From the NCBI GenBank assembly GCA_036339735.1, contig JAYZAL010000024.1:1-22334 (forward strand): a stretch of 22,334 bases of DNA, written 5' to 3'. Both the position numbers and the translations under genes were made by a program. The stretch is from Candidatus Poribacteria bacterium (GTDB lineage: Bacteria; Poribacteria; WGA-4E; UBA9662). The stretch's first letter is position 1. Every line of letters starts with the position of its first letter. Below are positions 8,215 to 17,255 of this stretch, piece after piece. The notes beneath the pieces were generated by a model, which saw only the letters and a list, made by a program, of their open reading frames with translations, was not told the origin of the DNA and made no database searches.

Positions 8215-9354
8215 ATGTTCAACAAGAAAATAGTAGTTTCAGCCAATGAACACCATAGGAACAGTTGTCCTGTAATTACTAGTATCGAACCGATCAATGG
8301 TATAAATGATGGTCCGGTCATCTTAACTGAGCCAAACGGCCAGAAAATATTTGGTCAGTATGAAGTACTCCACGGCAAAGGCGAGTTGTGCTGGGTTTTA
8401 GATGATTTGCCAGCTCATACAACACGCACCTACCAATTAACCCAACCGGATTCTGGTATAACCACTACCGGTGTCACTTTCACTGAGAAAGATCAGACAA
8501 TCGTTGTTAACATTGACAGCCGGCACTTCACTACATTTCGTTATGATACTAACCAATACCGACCTTATTTTTTCCCTGTTCTTGGACCAGACGAATGCCA
8601 GGTGACAAGAGGCGAAATCAGCTCTGAATCGAAAGATCACGTACATCATCGATCTCTTTATGTTGCCTACGGAGAAGTTAATCACACAGATTTATGGAGT
8701 GAAGGTCATCATGCAGGGCGTATTGTACACCAGTCTTTCAGTCAAAAATCAGAAGGAGTAGTGTGCGGTAAAATTTATACCCGAAATAGTTGGAATGATA
8801 AAGATGGAATACCAATAATGTCGGACATTCAAAATTACCGACTTTATGCTCTGCCAGCGGGTCGTTCCATAATTGACTTAGATCTCACTTTCCTAGCAGA
8901 TCAAGGCGATGTATTTTTTGGAGATACTAAAGAAGGTGGAATTATTACCGTCAGGGTTAATCCACAAATGAATGCATCCAATCCTAGTGGAAAAATTGAA
9001 AACTCTTTTGGTGGCATTAATGAGGATGAGACTTGGGGAAAAAAAGCACACTGGTGCGACTATTCCGGTATTGTGGATGGCATACCGGTTGGCGTATCTC
9101 TTTTTGATCATTTGTCAAACCCCCGGTATCCAACCTACTGGCATGTTCGAAACTACGGGCTGATGGGAAGCAATATCTTCGGTGGTGGAACTTTTGAGTC
9201 AGATCAAAGAAAAGATGGTTCCTACACATTGCCTCAAGGACAAGAAATGAATTTTCGATTCCGTGTGTATATACACTACGGAGATGCTACTGAAGGAAAA
9301 GTCGGACAGCATTATCATGACTTTATCAACCCACCGAGTGTCGTTATTCAATAA
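8215..9354 (+). CDS. DUF6807 / 'PmoA family' beta-sandwich protein (not a true methane monooxygenase)
   Basis: RPYFFPV, DHVHHRSLYVAYGEVN, GDTKEGG, WCDYSG, PTYWHVRNYGL; GGAG RBS 5 nt upstream; soluble, with no transmembrane helices. Confidence 0.7.
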   Translation: MFNKKIVVSANEHHRNSCPVITSIEPINGINDGPVILTEPNGQKIFGQYEVLHGKGELCWVLDDLPAHTTRTYQLTQPDSGITTTGVTFTEKDQTIVVNIDSRHFTTFRYDTNQYRPYFFPVLGPDECQVTRGEISSESKDHVHHRSLYVAYGEVNHTDLWSEGHHAGRIVHQSFSQKSEGVVCGKIYTRNSWNDKDGIPIMSDIQNYRLYALPAGRSIIDLDLTFLADQGDVFFGDTKEGGIITVRVNPQMNASNPSGKIENSFGGINEDETWGKKAHWCDYSGIVDGIPVGVSLFDHLSNPRYPTYWHVRNYGLMGSNIFGGGTFESDQRKDGSYTLPQGQEMNFRFRVYIHYGDATEGKVGQHYHDFINPPSVVIQ

Positions 9355-9375
9355 CAATAGTCGTAGTAAACTATA

Positions 9376-10515
9376 ATGACCCGTTTATTTCGCATCGCAT
9401 TGTTTCTTTTGATTGCTTCGATAGTAGGATTACTATACTATGTTTCCAAAAGCCCACAAGTAGGTTCAGCAAAATCTAGATCTATCATTACCCACGAAAT
9501 TCAATGTTCTGATGGTAGTCGTATGATTTTTGTTCCGGCCGGTGAATTTTATATGGGATCAACCAAAACCGAGATAAATTCCATGCCGGAAGGTTTTAGG
9601 CCGAATATAGAACATTATGCTGATGAAATGCCCCAAACCAAAGTTTATGTAGATGATTTTTACATTGATAAGTTCGAAGTCACTAACGCTCAATACAATG
9701 AGTTTGTGTCTCAAACCGGTTACCCTCCACCTTACTACAGTCATGATTTAGCCAAACCCTATAATTGGTCAAGCGGGACTTTCCCAGTTGGAACTGCTAA
9801 CCACCCAGTCGTTCTAGTCAGTTGGCAGGACGCTTATGCCTATGCGCGGTGGGCAGGTAAACGTCTACCAACGGAAACCGAATGGGAGAAAGCCGCTCGT
9901 GGTACAGACGGCCGCATTTATCCTTGGGGTAGCGACTGGAATGGTAGCAAATGTAACAATGCAGAAAGAGTCGCTGGCCGTCCTCTGAATTCCTATACCG
10001 CTTGGCGGGGTTTTGCAGAAATTCAACGAACAAAGCTGGAAGGAGCTGTTAGTGGTCCTTGGAATATCCTTAACTTTACTCCATCAGCGCAACCGATCAC
10101 TGTTTATGCTGATGATACACGGCTCAAACACTTACAACCAGTTGGTAGTTACCCCGAAGGCCGCAGTCCTTATGGAATTCATGACATGGCAGGTAATGCA
10201 ATGGAATGGTGTGCTAACTGGTACGATCCTAAATTGCTAACTCGAATTAAGTCGGATAGCCAGATCACTAATTATCAAGGTACTTATCGCTCAGTTAGGG
10301 GCGGATCTTGGATGCGACCACTGGACGATCAACGTACCAGTGCACGTGACGCTTGTCCACCATCAGGATATCTCAGTGTCAAGGAAAAAAATGAACAAGG
10401 TAAAATGCAAACCTACAGTTGGCCAATTGTTGCGATTGGGTTTCGTTGTGCGATGGATGTTGATGATGCAAAGCGCATGGGATTAGGCCAAGGTTTGCCC
10501 AAAAGCATGGAGTAG
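9376..10515 (+). CDS. FGE-sulfatase (SUMF1/EgtB/PvdO) fold protein with N-terminal membrane anchor
   Basis: MIFVPAGEFYMGS, FYIDKFEVTNAQY, HPVVLVSWQDA, RLPTETEWEKAARG, DMAGNAMEW, RGGSW, GFRC. Confidence 0.9.
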   Translation: MTRLFRIALFLLIASIVGLLYYVSKSPQVGSAKSRSIITHEIQCSDGSRMIFVPAGEFYMGSTKTEINSMPEGFRPNIEHYADEMPQTKVYVDDFYIDKFEVTNAQYNEFVSQTGYPPPYYSHDLAKPYNWSSGTFPVGTANHPVVLVSWQDAYAYARWAGKRLPTETEWEKAARGTDGRIYPWGSDWNGSKCNNAERVAGRPLNSYTAWRGFAEIQRTKLEGAVSGPWNILNFTPSAQPITVYADDTRLKHLQPVGSYPEGRSPYGIHDMAGNAMEWCANWYDPKLLTRIKSDSQITNYQGTYRSVRGGSWMRPLDDQRTSARDACPPSGYLSVKEKNEQGKMQTYSWPIVAIGFRCAMDVDDAKRMGLGQGLPKSME

Positions 10516-10525
10516 TGTATATATC

Positions 10526-11029
10526 ATGATTATTGGTGTATTTTCAGACAGCCACGACAACATCGAAAAAATTAAAAAAGCTGTATCGTTCTTTAATGGC
10601 CGGAAAGTCGATTTGGTTGTCCATGCTGGTGATTTTGTCGCTCCTTTCGCTATTGCTCCAATGGAAGAACTGAATTGCCAATTGGTTTGCGTGTTTGGGA
10701 ATAATGATGGAGAGCGAATTGGTCTATACAATCGCCTTAAAGATCTTGGTGAAGTCCACAATAATTTAGCTGATATTGAGATTGATGGAAGAAGAATATG
10801 TGCGGTCCACTACCCTGAGTTGGCTGAACCTATTGCACTTAGTGGTCTATATGATCTCGTTATTTACGGCCATACTCACAAAATAGACATTAGAACTATT
10901 CGAGCGAAAACCAACCAAAGCGAAACCGTCTTGCTTAATCCGGGTGAAACTGGTGGTTGGGTGACAGGCCGATCAACATTAGCTACCGTCGATTTAAATT
11001 CTATGTTAGTCGAGATTTTCGATTTGTGA
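10526..11029 (+). CDS. YfcE/MJ0936-family metallophosphoesterase
   Basis: SDSHD, HAGD, GNND, YGHTH and NPGE calcineurin-like motifs. Confidence 0.93.
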   Translation: MIIGVFSDSHDNIEKIKKAVSFFNGRKVDLVVHAGDFVAPFAIAPMEELNCQLVCVFGNNDGERIGLYNRLKDLGEVHNNLADIEIDGRRICAVHYPELAEPIALSGLYDLVIYGHTHKIDIRTIRAKTNQSETVLLNPGETGGWVTGRSTLATVDLNSMLVEIFDL

Positions 11030-11267
11030 TTTTGGTCATTTGTGTTTAAAAATTGATTAATTCGACGCCGTCTGCCTAAACCCAAAGCTTATTTTCCTTT
11101 GTTCAGTAGAAAATCATCCGCTAGAAATAGTGTAAATACTCACAAAATAGTCTCTGCTGAAACAGGATTCACCAAATGACGTTACTTTCTGTTAGGAGTT
11201 CAACCTTATAACTTAAATTTTTGGCAATTAAATTCTAAAATTTGGTTGATTGAACAAGGGGGAGTTA

Positions 11268-12326
11268 GTGCCAGAAGACGAAAAAACGGAAGATGCGAGT
11301 CAAAGGCGAATTGACCAAGCTAGGGAAAAAGGTGATGTTCCGAAGAGTCGGGAATTGAACTCAGCCATTGCTCTGCTCTTGGGATTACTAACGTTACGAT
11401 TTTTTGCACAATTTTCTCTGGGTGGCTTGAAAGATATTAGTGTATACGCGTTCTCTCAGCTCAATTACATTTCACCTGATCCACAGACTTTACAAGCAGG
11501 GTTTGTACAGGTGGTTTTGCGGATGTTGCTCATTGTGGCACCGATTTTAATGGCAATGGCGGTAACAGGAATCCTGACGAACTTCCTGCAGGTAGGAGCT
11601 CTTTTTTCTCTCGAAGCACTATCTTTTCAATTTAACAAACTTAATCCACTGTCTGGACTAAAGCAGATTTTCTCTCGAAACGGCCTTGTCGAAACACTGA
11701 AAGCAATTCTAAAGTTTACTATCATTGGCGTTGTTGTGGTAATAACAATTATGCAAGAGGCGCCAAGTTTCCAGACAGCTGGTTCAAAATCGACTGATGA
11801 GTTACTAATCTACCTCGGTAGTCTAACATATAAGGTTGGTTTTCGAGTTGCACTTTCGTTATTGTTTCTTAGCATAATAGATTTCTTTTATCAGCGATGG
11901 AGCTATGCTCAAAAATTGAAAATGTCACACCAAGAAGTCAAAGAGGAGCAAAAAGAATCCGAAGTTTCACAGGAAGTAAGGTCTCTGATTCGCCAACGAC
12001 AAATGAACGCATCACGCCAGAGAATGATGCAAGATGTTCCAGAAGCTGACGTGGTTATTACAAATCCAACTCATATTGCTATAGCTGTCGTTTATGATCA
12101 GGATCGGTCGCAAAGTCCATTGGTTGTGGCCAAAGGTGCGGGTAAAATTGCTCGACGGATTAAGGAGATAGCGTTCGAGAATGAAGTGCCTGTTGTAGAA
12201 GATAAACCCTTGGCTTGGGCGCTATACGAAATTGAATTAGGCGAGAGTATCCCCCATGATTTATTCCAACCTGTGGCAGAAGTGTTGGCACGTATTTACC
12301 AAGCCCGAAATAGAAGGACCGCATAA
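11268..12326 (+). CDS. flhB: Flagellar export switch protein FlhB
   Basis: KTE..AREKGDVPKSREL, KLNPLSGLK, NPTH autocleavage motif, PLVVAKG. GTG at 11268 with GGGGGAG RBS preferred over TTG 11250. Confidence 0.96.
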   Translation: MPEDEKTEDASQRRIDQAREKGDVPKSRELNSAIALLLGLLTLRFFAQFSLGGLKDISVYAFSQLNYISPDPQTLQAGFVQVVLRMLLIVAPILMAMAVTGILTNFLQVGALFSLEALSFQFNKLNPLSGLKQIFSRNGLVETLKAILKFTIIGVVVVITIMQEAPSFQTAGSKSTDELLIYLGSLTYKVGFRVALSLLFLSIIDFFYQRWSYAQKLKMSHQEVKEEQKESEVSQEVRSLIRQRQMNASRQRMMQDVPEADVVITNPTHIAIAVVYDQDRSQSPLVVAKGAGKIARRIKEIAFENEVPVVEDKPLAWALYEIELGESIPHDLFQPVAEVLARIYQARNRRTA

Positions 12327-12378
12327 AGAATATATTATGCGAATTTAACCGACTTCTCCAAATGAAAAGATAACACCA

Positions 12379-14490
12379 ATGAATAACGTTGGCACATTAC
12401 AAGTCCCAGCCCTGTCTCGGTACGGCGATCTCTTCCTAGTTGCTGGTATCATCTCAATCTTGTTAGTAATCTTAATCCCACTTCCTGCATTTTTGTTGGA
12501 TATGTTACTAGCAATCAATCTCTCTTTGTCTTTAATCGTATTACTACTAGTTTTATACACGCTACAACCTGTCGATTTTTCGGTTTTTCCTTCTCTATTG
12601 TTGGTTTTAACACTTTACCGTATTTCACTCAATGTAGCTTCAACTAAATTGATTTTGACAAAAGGTCATATTGGTGACCAGTCAGTCGGAAAAATTATTG
12701 CTGCTTTTGCCGGTATTGTTATTCGTGGTGATTATGTAGTTGGATTTGTAATTTTTGCTATTCTGACTATTATACAGTTCGTGGTGATTAATAAAGGTTC
12801 TGGTCGAATTGCAGAAGTAGCGGCTCGCTTTACCTTAGATGCTATGCCAATGAAGCAGATGGCAATTGACACTGATTTAAATGCTGGTTTACTAACTGAA
12901 AGCGAAGCTAGTGAACGACGTGTAGCAGTAACAACAGAAGCTAATTTTTATGGAGCAATGGACGGTGCTGCAAAATTTGTTCAAGGTGATGCAATTGCTG
13001 GCCTAATTATCACCGCAGTCAACATAATTGCTGGCTTGATTGTCGGCGTAGTTCGACATGGAATGGAGTTGACTGGTGCTAATGGTGCAGTTCAGCGCTA
13101 TACTTTATTAACTATCGGAGACGGGCTAGTTAGCCAGCTACCTTCGTTGATCATTTCTATTGCCTCTGGGATTTTGATTAGCCGAAGTTCCGAGAGTAGT
13201 AACTTTGGTCGGTCTTTGGCTGCCCAATTTTTACTTCAGACACGACCACTCTATATTTCTTCTGGAGCTTTGGCTTTACTAGGTATTACGCTCGGTTCCT
13301 CAGCTTTCTTTTTCTTGTCTGCAATTATCGGTGGGTCTGCATACATTTCTAGCCGAGCCGAAACAGCGGAGCTAGAAGAACTACCACCAGCCCAAGATGA
13401 AGAAACTCCAGAGGAAGACTTAACGCCCATTGAACAAGCTTCGGACGATTTGGAGGTCGAGCCAATCCATCTTAATGTTGGCTATAATATAATTCCGCTC
13501 ATCACTCCTTCTGAGGGTGGTGACATGCTAAACCGAATTAAGCAAATTCGTTCAACCCTAGCTCAAGAACTTGGAATTGTACTACCACACATTCGCATTC
13601 GGGATCAGGTAGACCTAGCAGCTGGTGGTTATATCATTATGATTCGAGAAGAACCAATGGCCGAAGGCGAGTTGCGGGTCAACGATTTTTTGGCTATGGA
13701 TGTCGGTTCAGTGGTCGAAGAAATTGATGGTATACCAACTGAAGAACCTGCAAATAATCAACCTGCATTGTGGATTACTGAAGAGCAAAGAGAACAAGCA
13801 CTCGTTGCCGGATATCTAGTTATTGAACCCTCAACTATTCTTGCTACTCATCTACTTGAAACTATCAAAAAGCATGCAGATAAATTACTGACACGACAGG
13901 ATGTTCGAAACTTATTGGATCGTGTCAAAGAGACAAATGAGGTTCTAGTAGAAGAAGTCACAACCTCCTCAATTGGATTAGGATTAATACAAAAAGTCTT
14001 ACAAACTCTACTAAAAGAGGGAGTTTCTATTCGAGATTTAGTACTGATTTTAGAAGCCATTGCGGACCATGCAGCAACTTCACAAGATGTCGTTTTATTG
14101 ACTGAAGCTGTTAGGCAAAGAATTGGCTCTCAAATTTGTCGCCAATATCAATCATCAGAAGGTGAGCTCGAATATGTGGGTTTGGATGAACAGGTTGACC
14201 AAATTATTCGATCAGCTATAACACAAACCGAGACAGGCCAATTTGAGTTTATGCCACTAGATCCAAACTTAGCATTGGAACTAGTTAATGCCATTGCTAA
14301 TACCGTAACACAAGTTTCTGGTCTACATGCGATCCCATTAATTCTCTGTTCTAGTTCAGTAGTACGTGCCTACTTATCTCAATTCATTAGTATCCAGTTT
14401 CCAACACCAATTCCAGTATTATCCATTGAAGAAATCCCGGCCACTGTTCCATTAAACGAGATTGGTCGAGTTGAGTTAGGGATTTCGTAA
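12379..14490 (+). CDS. flhA: Flagellar export gate protein FlhA
   Basis: FSVFPSLLL, GRIAEVAARFTLDAMP, FYGAMDGA, LTIGDGLVSQLP, LLKEGVSIRDL; 703 aa. Confidence 0.97.
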   Translation: MNNVGTLQVPALSRYGDLFLVAGIISILLVILIPLPAFLLDMLLAINLSLSLIVLLLVLYTLQPVDFSVFPSLLLVLTLYRISLNVASTKLILTKGHIGDQSVGKIIAAFAGIVIRGDYVVGFVIFAILTIIQFVVINKGSGRIAEVAARFTLDAMPMKQMAIDTDLNAGLLTESEASERRVAVTTEANFYGAMDGAAKFVQGDAIAGLIITAVNIIAGLIVGVVRHGMELTGANGAVQRYTLLTIGDGLVSQLPSLIISIASGILISRSSESSNFGRSLAAQFLLQTRPLYISSGALALLGITLGSSAFFFLSAIIGGSAYISSRAETAELEELPPAQDEETPEEDLTPIEQASDDLEVEPIHLNVGYNIIPLITPSEGGDMLNRIKQIRSTLAQELGIVLPHIRIRDQVDLAAGGYIIMIREEPMAEGELRVNDFLAMDVGSVVEEIDGIPTEEPANNQPALWITEEQREQALVAGYLVIEPSTILATHLLETIKKHADKLLTRQDVRNLLDRVKETNEVLVEEVTTSSIGLGLIQKVLQTLLKEGVSIRDLVLILEAIADHAATSQDVVLLTEAVRQRIGSQICRQYQSSEGELEYVGLDEQVDQIIRSAITQTETGQFEFMPLDPNLALELVNAIANTVTQVSGLHAIPLILCSSSVVRAYLSQFISIQFPTPIPVLSIEEIPATVPLNEIGRVELGIS

Positions 14491-14502
14491 ACAAGAAAGC
14501 AA

Positions 14503-15888
14503 ATGGCAACTAGAATTCATAAAATATATGGCCGCACTCCTAAGGAAGTTCGGCAAAAAGCACGGAAAGAATTTGGAGAAGACTTTAGTGTTGTTAAAAT
14601 GAACCGAGTTTCAGGAAAAAGCTTACTGAAGCCAGATAAGAATTCAAACTATGAGCTGATTATTGCAATCGAAAGTGAAGTTGAAACCACTGCACCTCTC
14701 GTTAGAACCAAAAAAAAATCACCCGACCCTACGAATCTGAAAGATGCAATCAGTCGGGTGAATACATTATTATCAGCTAATGCTTACACACAGCAAATGG
14801 AGGAAAAACAAGATCGCCACTCAGTCGAGATTTCAACCAAGGATTTTGAAATGCAAGGCGAATCCTCTCATGTTCCTTACGCAGATCCACCTGATTTTGC
14901 AGAAGGAGACAATAATCGTAAACAAGCAGGAGAAATTAGTCGGCCTAATAACTCATCCGATCTTTATACTTATTTAGGATCAGAGTTAACAGAAATTCGC
15001 GATGTTCTACATATTTTACTCAACAATGTAAAAACTAGCGATATCCCTGATTTACCCGATGAAGTAACCGGATTATATCAAAAATTTCTCAAACACGATG
15101 TCGATCAAACTCTTGCCTATGATTTAGCTGAAGCCATGGAGGACTGTTTTCATGACGAGAAAGGCCGCTCAATTCACCAACATCTGACAGCTCTATTGAG
15201 AAAAATTGTTAAGACTTCTGGTGGAATTCAGTTTAAAACGTCCCCAACAGTGGTAGCATTAGTTGGTCCTACGGGTGTTGGAAAAACAACTACCATTGCT
15301 AAGTTAGCTGTCCAATATAAATTCAAAGGTAAAAAAGTAGTTTTAATTACCACGGATGACTTTCGTATTGGTGCTATTGAGCAGTTGACTACATATGCCG
15401 AAATCTTATCTCTACCAATGGAAGTGGCACATGAACCTGAAGAATTGGAAGATAAAATCACCCAACACAATTCGGCGGATTTGGTACTACTCGATACGCC
15501 AGGTCGAAGCCAACTGGACCAACCACGTATTCGGTCGATTGAGTCATTTCTCAATTCAGCCTGTCCAGATGAAACACACCTGTTAATCAACATGACCACT
15601 CGTAACCAAGATATCCAAAGTATGATCAGTCGGTTTGGTTCTTTGGGAGTTGATCGCCTAGTGTTTACTAAGTTGGATGAAGCCAATTGCCTTGGACCTA
15701 TCCTTAACAGTAGCCTGCGCTTCAAGAAGCCAATATCCTTTTTCACTACTGGACAGGATGTCGCTGGTGATATTGAGATTGCAAGTCATAATCGTATGGC
15801 GACTTTTCTGTTACGTGGATTTCAAGCACGAGTAAAAAAAGCAAAAAAGCAAAAAAAAACAGTAAAAAAGAGTAAAAGTAAAGCTTAG
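14503..15888 (+). CDS. flhF: SRP-family GTPase FlhF
   Basis: GPTGVGKTTTIAKLA, FRIGAIEQL, DTPGRS, FTKLDE, TGQDV; lies between flhA and flhG. Confidence 0.93.
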   Translation: MATRIHKIYGRTPKEVRQKARKEFGEDFSVVKMNRVSGKSLLKPDKNSNYELIIAIESEVETTAPLVRTKKKSPDPTNLKDAISRVNTLLSANAYTQQMEEKQDRHSVEISTKDFEMQGESSHVPYADPPDFAEGDNNRKQAGEISRPNNSSDLYTYLGSELTEIRDVLHILLNNVKTSDIPDLPDEVTGLYQKFLKHDVDQTLAYDLAEAMEDCFHDEKGRSIHQHLTALLRKIVKTSGGIQFKTSPTVVALVGPTGVGKTTTIAKLAVQYKFKGKKVVLITTDDFRIGAIEQLTTYAEILSLPMEVAHEPEELEDKITQHNSADLVLLDTPGRSQLDQPRIRSIESFLNSACPDETHLLINMTTRNQDIQSMISRFGSLGVDRLVFTKLDEANCLGPILNSSLRFKKPISFFTTGQDVAGDIEIASHNRMATFLLRGFQARVKKAKKQKKTVKKSKSKA

Positions 15889-15909
15889 GTAAGATGAAGG
15901 AGGCAGAAA

Positions 15910-16893
15910 TTGAAAAATGATCAGGCCACACAACTTCGTCAACTAATTCAAGCCAAAAAAAAGTCTGATGTCGTACAATCACAGCAATCGGCTCGTTCGA
16001 TGTCAACATCTCGAAAAGCGCAGTTGGATACGAATAAGAGTCAACCACTTGAAAGTTCACTGAACGGATTAAAAACTATCGCTATTACTGGAGGCAAAGG
16101 TGGTGTAGGAAAGACAAATATGTCGGCTAATTTAGCTGTATCTATGGCTCAGCTAGGTTTCCGTGTTGGTATCTTGGATGCCGATCTCGGCCTAGCCAAC
16201 ATTGACGTACTATTTCGCTTGACTCCTAAATACAATTTGAGGCATGTCTTAACCGGCGAGAAACGGATTGACGACATCATACTCCCAGGTCCATTAGGCA
16301 TTTCTATTATTCCTGGCAGCTCTGGAATTCAAGCATTAGCAGATTTGCCGGCTGGTATGAGACAAATTTTAATTCAAGAGCTAGGTCGACTAGAAGAGTT
16401 AATCGATTACCTGATTATTGACACACCAGCAGGTATAGGGGATAACGTGTTGAGTTTTGTTCTGTCAGCTGACTTGATTTTAGCTGTTACAGAACCAGAC
16501 CCAATGGCTTATACGGACGCATATGCTTTAATCAAAACGATTTCCCGCCGGAAATTGAATCAGACGATCTACTTGGTCGTAAATAAAGTTAGAAGTATGG
16601 CGCAAGGTCAAGAAGTATATGAAACGTTGCAAACAGTTAGTCAACGTTACCAACTCAGTATTCGCGGTATTAACTATATGGGTTATATCCCATACGAAGC
16701 TAAAATAAGAAATGCACTTTTTCTAGGCAGTCAAAAACCCTTTGTCTTAGAACACCCCAACACTCGAGGTGCAAAATGCTTTCAGAATTTGGCAAAGAAA
16801 TTGCTCTACCATCTCCGTCGGATCTCGAGAGGGAAAATCGAGCGGGATACCCAGGATTTTTTTTCTCAGGTACTGACCAATAATTCCGACTAA
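15910..16893 (+). CDS. flhG: MinD-like flagellar number regulator FlhG/FleN
   Basis: N-terminal DQATQLR (FlhF-activating DQAxxLR), deviant Walker A GGKGGVGKT, DADLGLANID, TDAYALIK, C-terminal amphipathic DFFSQVL; TTG start with AGGAGG RBS. Confidence 0.92.
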   Translation: MKNDQATQLRQLIQAKKKSDVVQSQQSARSMSTSRKAQLDTNKSQPLESSLNGLKTIAITGGKGGVGKTNMSANLAVSMAQLGFRVGILDADLGLANIDVLFRLTPKYNLRHVLTGEKRIDDIILPGPLGISIIPGSSGIQALADLPAGMRQILIQELGRLEELIDYLIIDTPAGIGDNVLSFVLSADLILAVTEPDPMAYTDAYALIKTISRRKLNQTIYLVVNKVRSMAQGQEVYETLQTVSQRYQLSIRGINYMGYIPYEAKIRNALFLGSQKPFVLEHPNTRGAKCFQNLAKKLLYHLRRISRGKIERDTQDFFSQVLTNNSD

Positions 16894-16924
16894 CTTTCCG
16901 GTTAGCGAAAACAGGGGTAATTAA

Positions 16925-17212
16925 ATGCTACCAAAAAACTGGATTGCTAAAAAAGTAGGTCATGCACTTAGTGTCTGGGCTAGTTGCACTACGATTCTCA
17001 TTAGCCATTCGGCTCAAAATACTTTCGACACTATTTTTGTCAGGGCAATAATTGGCTTTTTAGTCTTCGGTCTATTAGGCTATATCGGTGGACGGCTAAT
17101 CGAGCAGTCGATGCGGCCTGAACTCTCATTTATCTATAAAGATGATTGGCTCGATAATACACCAAGCGGTAATTTGCAAAACAATGTTGACCGAAATCGG
17201 ATTGAAAATTAA
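16925..17212 (+). CDS. Small two-TM hypothetical protein in the flagellar operon
   Basis: Fills the flhG-fliA gap co-directionally; AGGGG RBS; hydrophobic segments including FVRAIIGFLVFGLLGYIGG. Confidence 0.7.
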   Translation: MLPKNWIAKKVGHALSVWASCTTILISHSAQNTFDTIFVRAIIGFLVFGLLGYIGGRLIEQSMRPELSFIYKDDWLDNTPSGNLQNNVDRNRIEN

Positions 17213-17255
17213 CCCGCAGATCCATGAAGAAACTTTTGTCTAGGAATAGGTCAAG

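Noticed and set aside
8215-9354. Particulate methane monooxygenase (from the 'PmoA family' label)
   Set aside because: The protein is soluble with no transmembrane helices and there are no pmoB/pmoC neighbours; the family label is misleading.
10290-10460. Diversity-generating retroelement variable region in the FGE/CLec-fold gene
   Set aside because: No reverse transcriptase and no template repeat differing at adenines is visible in the window.
11047-11236. Sigma28 (TAAA-N16-GCCGTCTG) or sigma54 (TGGCAAT-N4-TTCT) promoter upstream of flhB
   Set aside because: Both are poor matches: the first lacks GCCGATAA and the second lacks the -12 GC.
14710-14718. A9 tract in flhF as a phase-variation switch
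   Set aside because: The frame is intact, and A/T runs of 7-9 nt occur throughout this AT-rich window.
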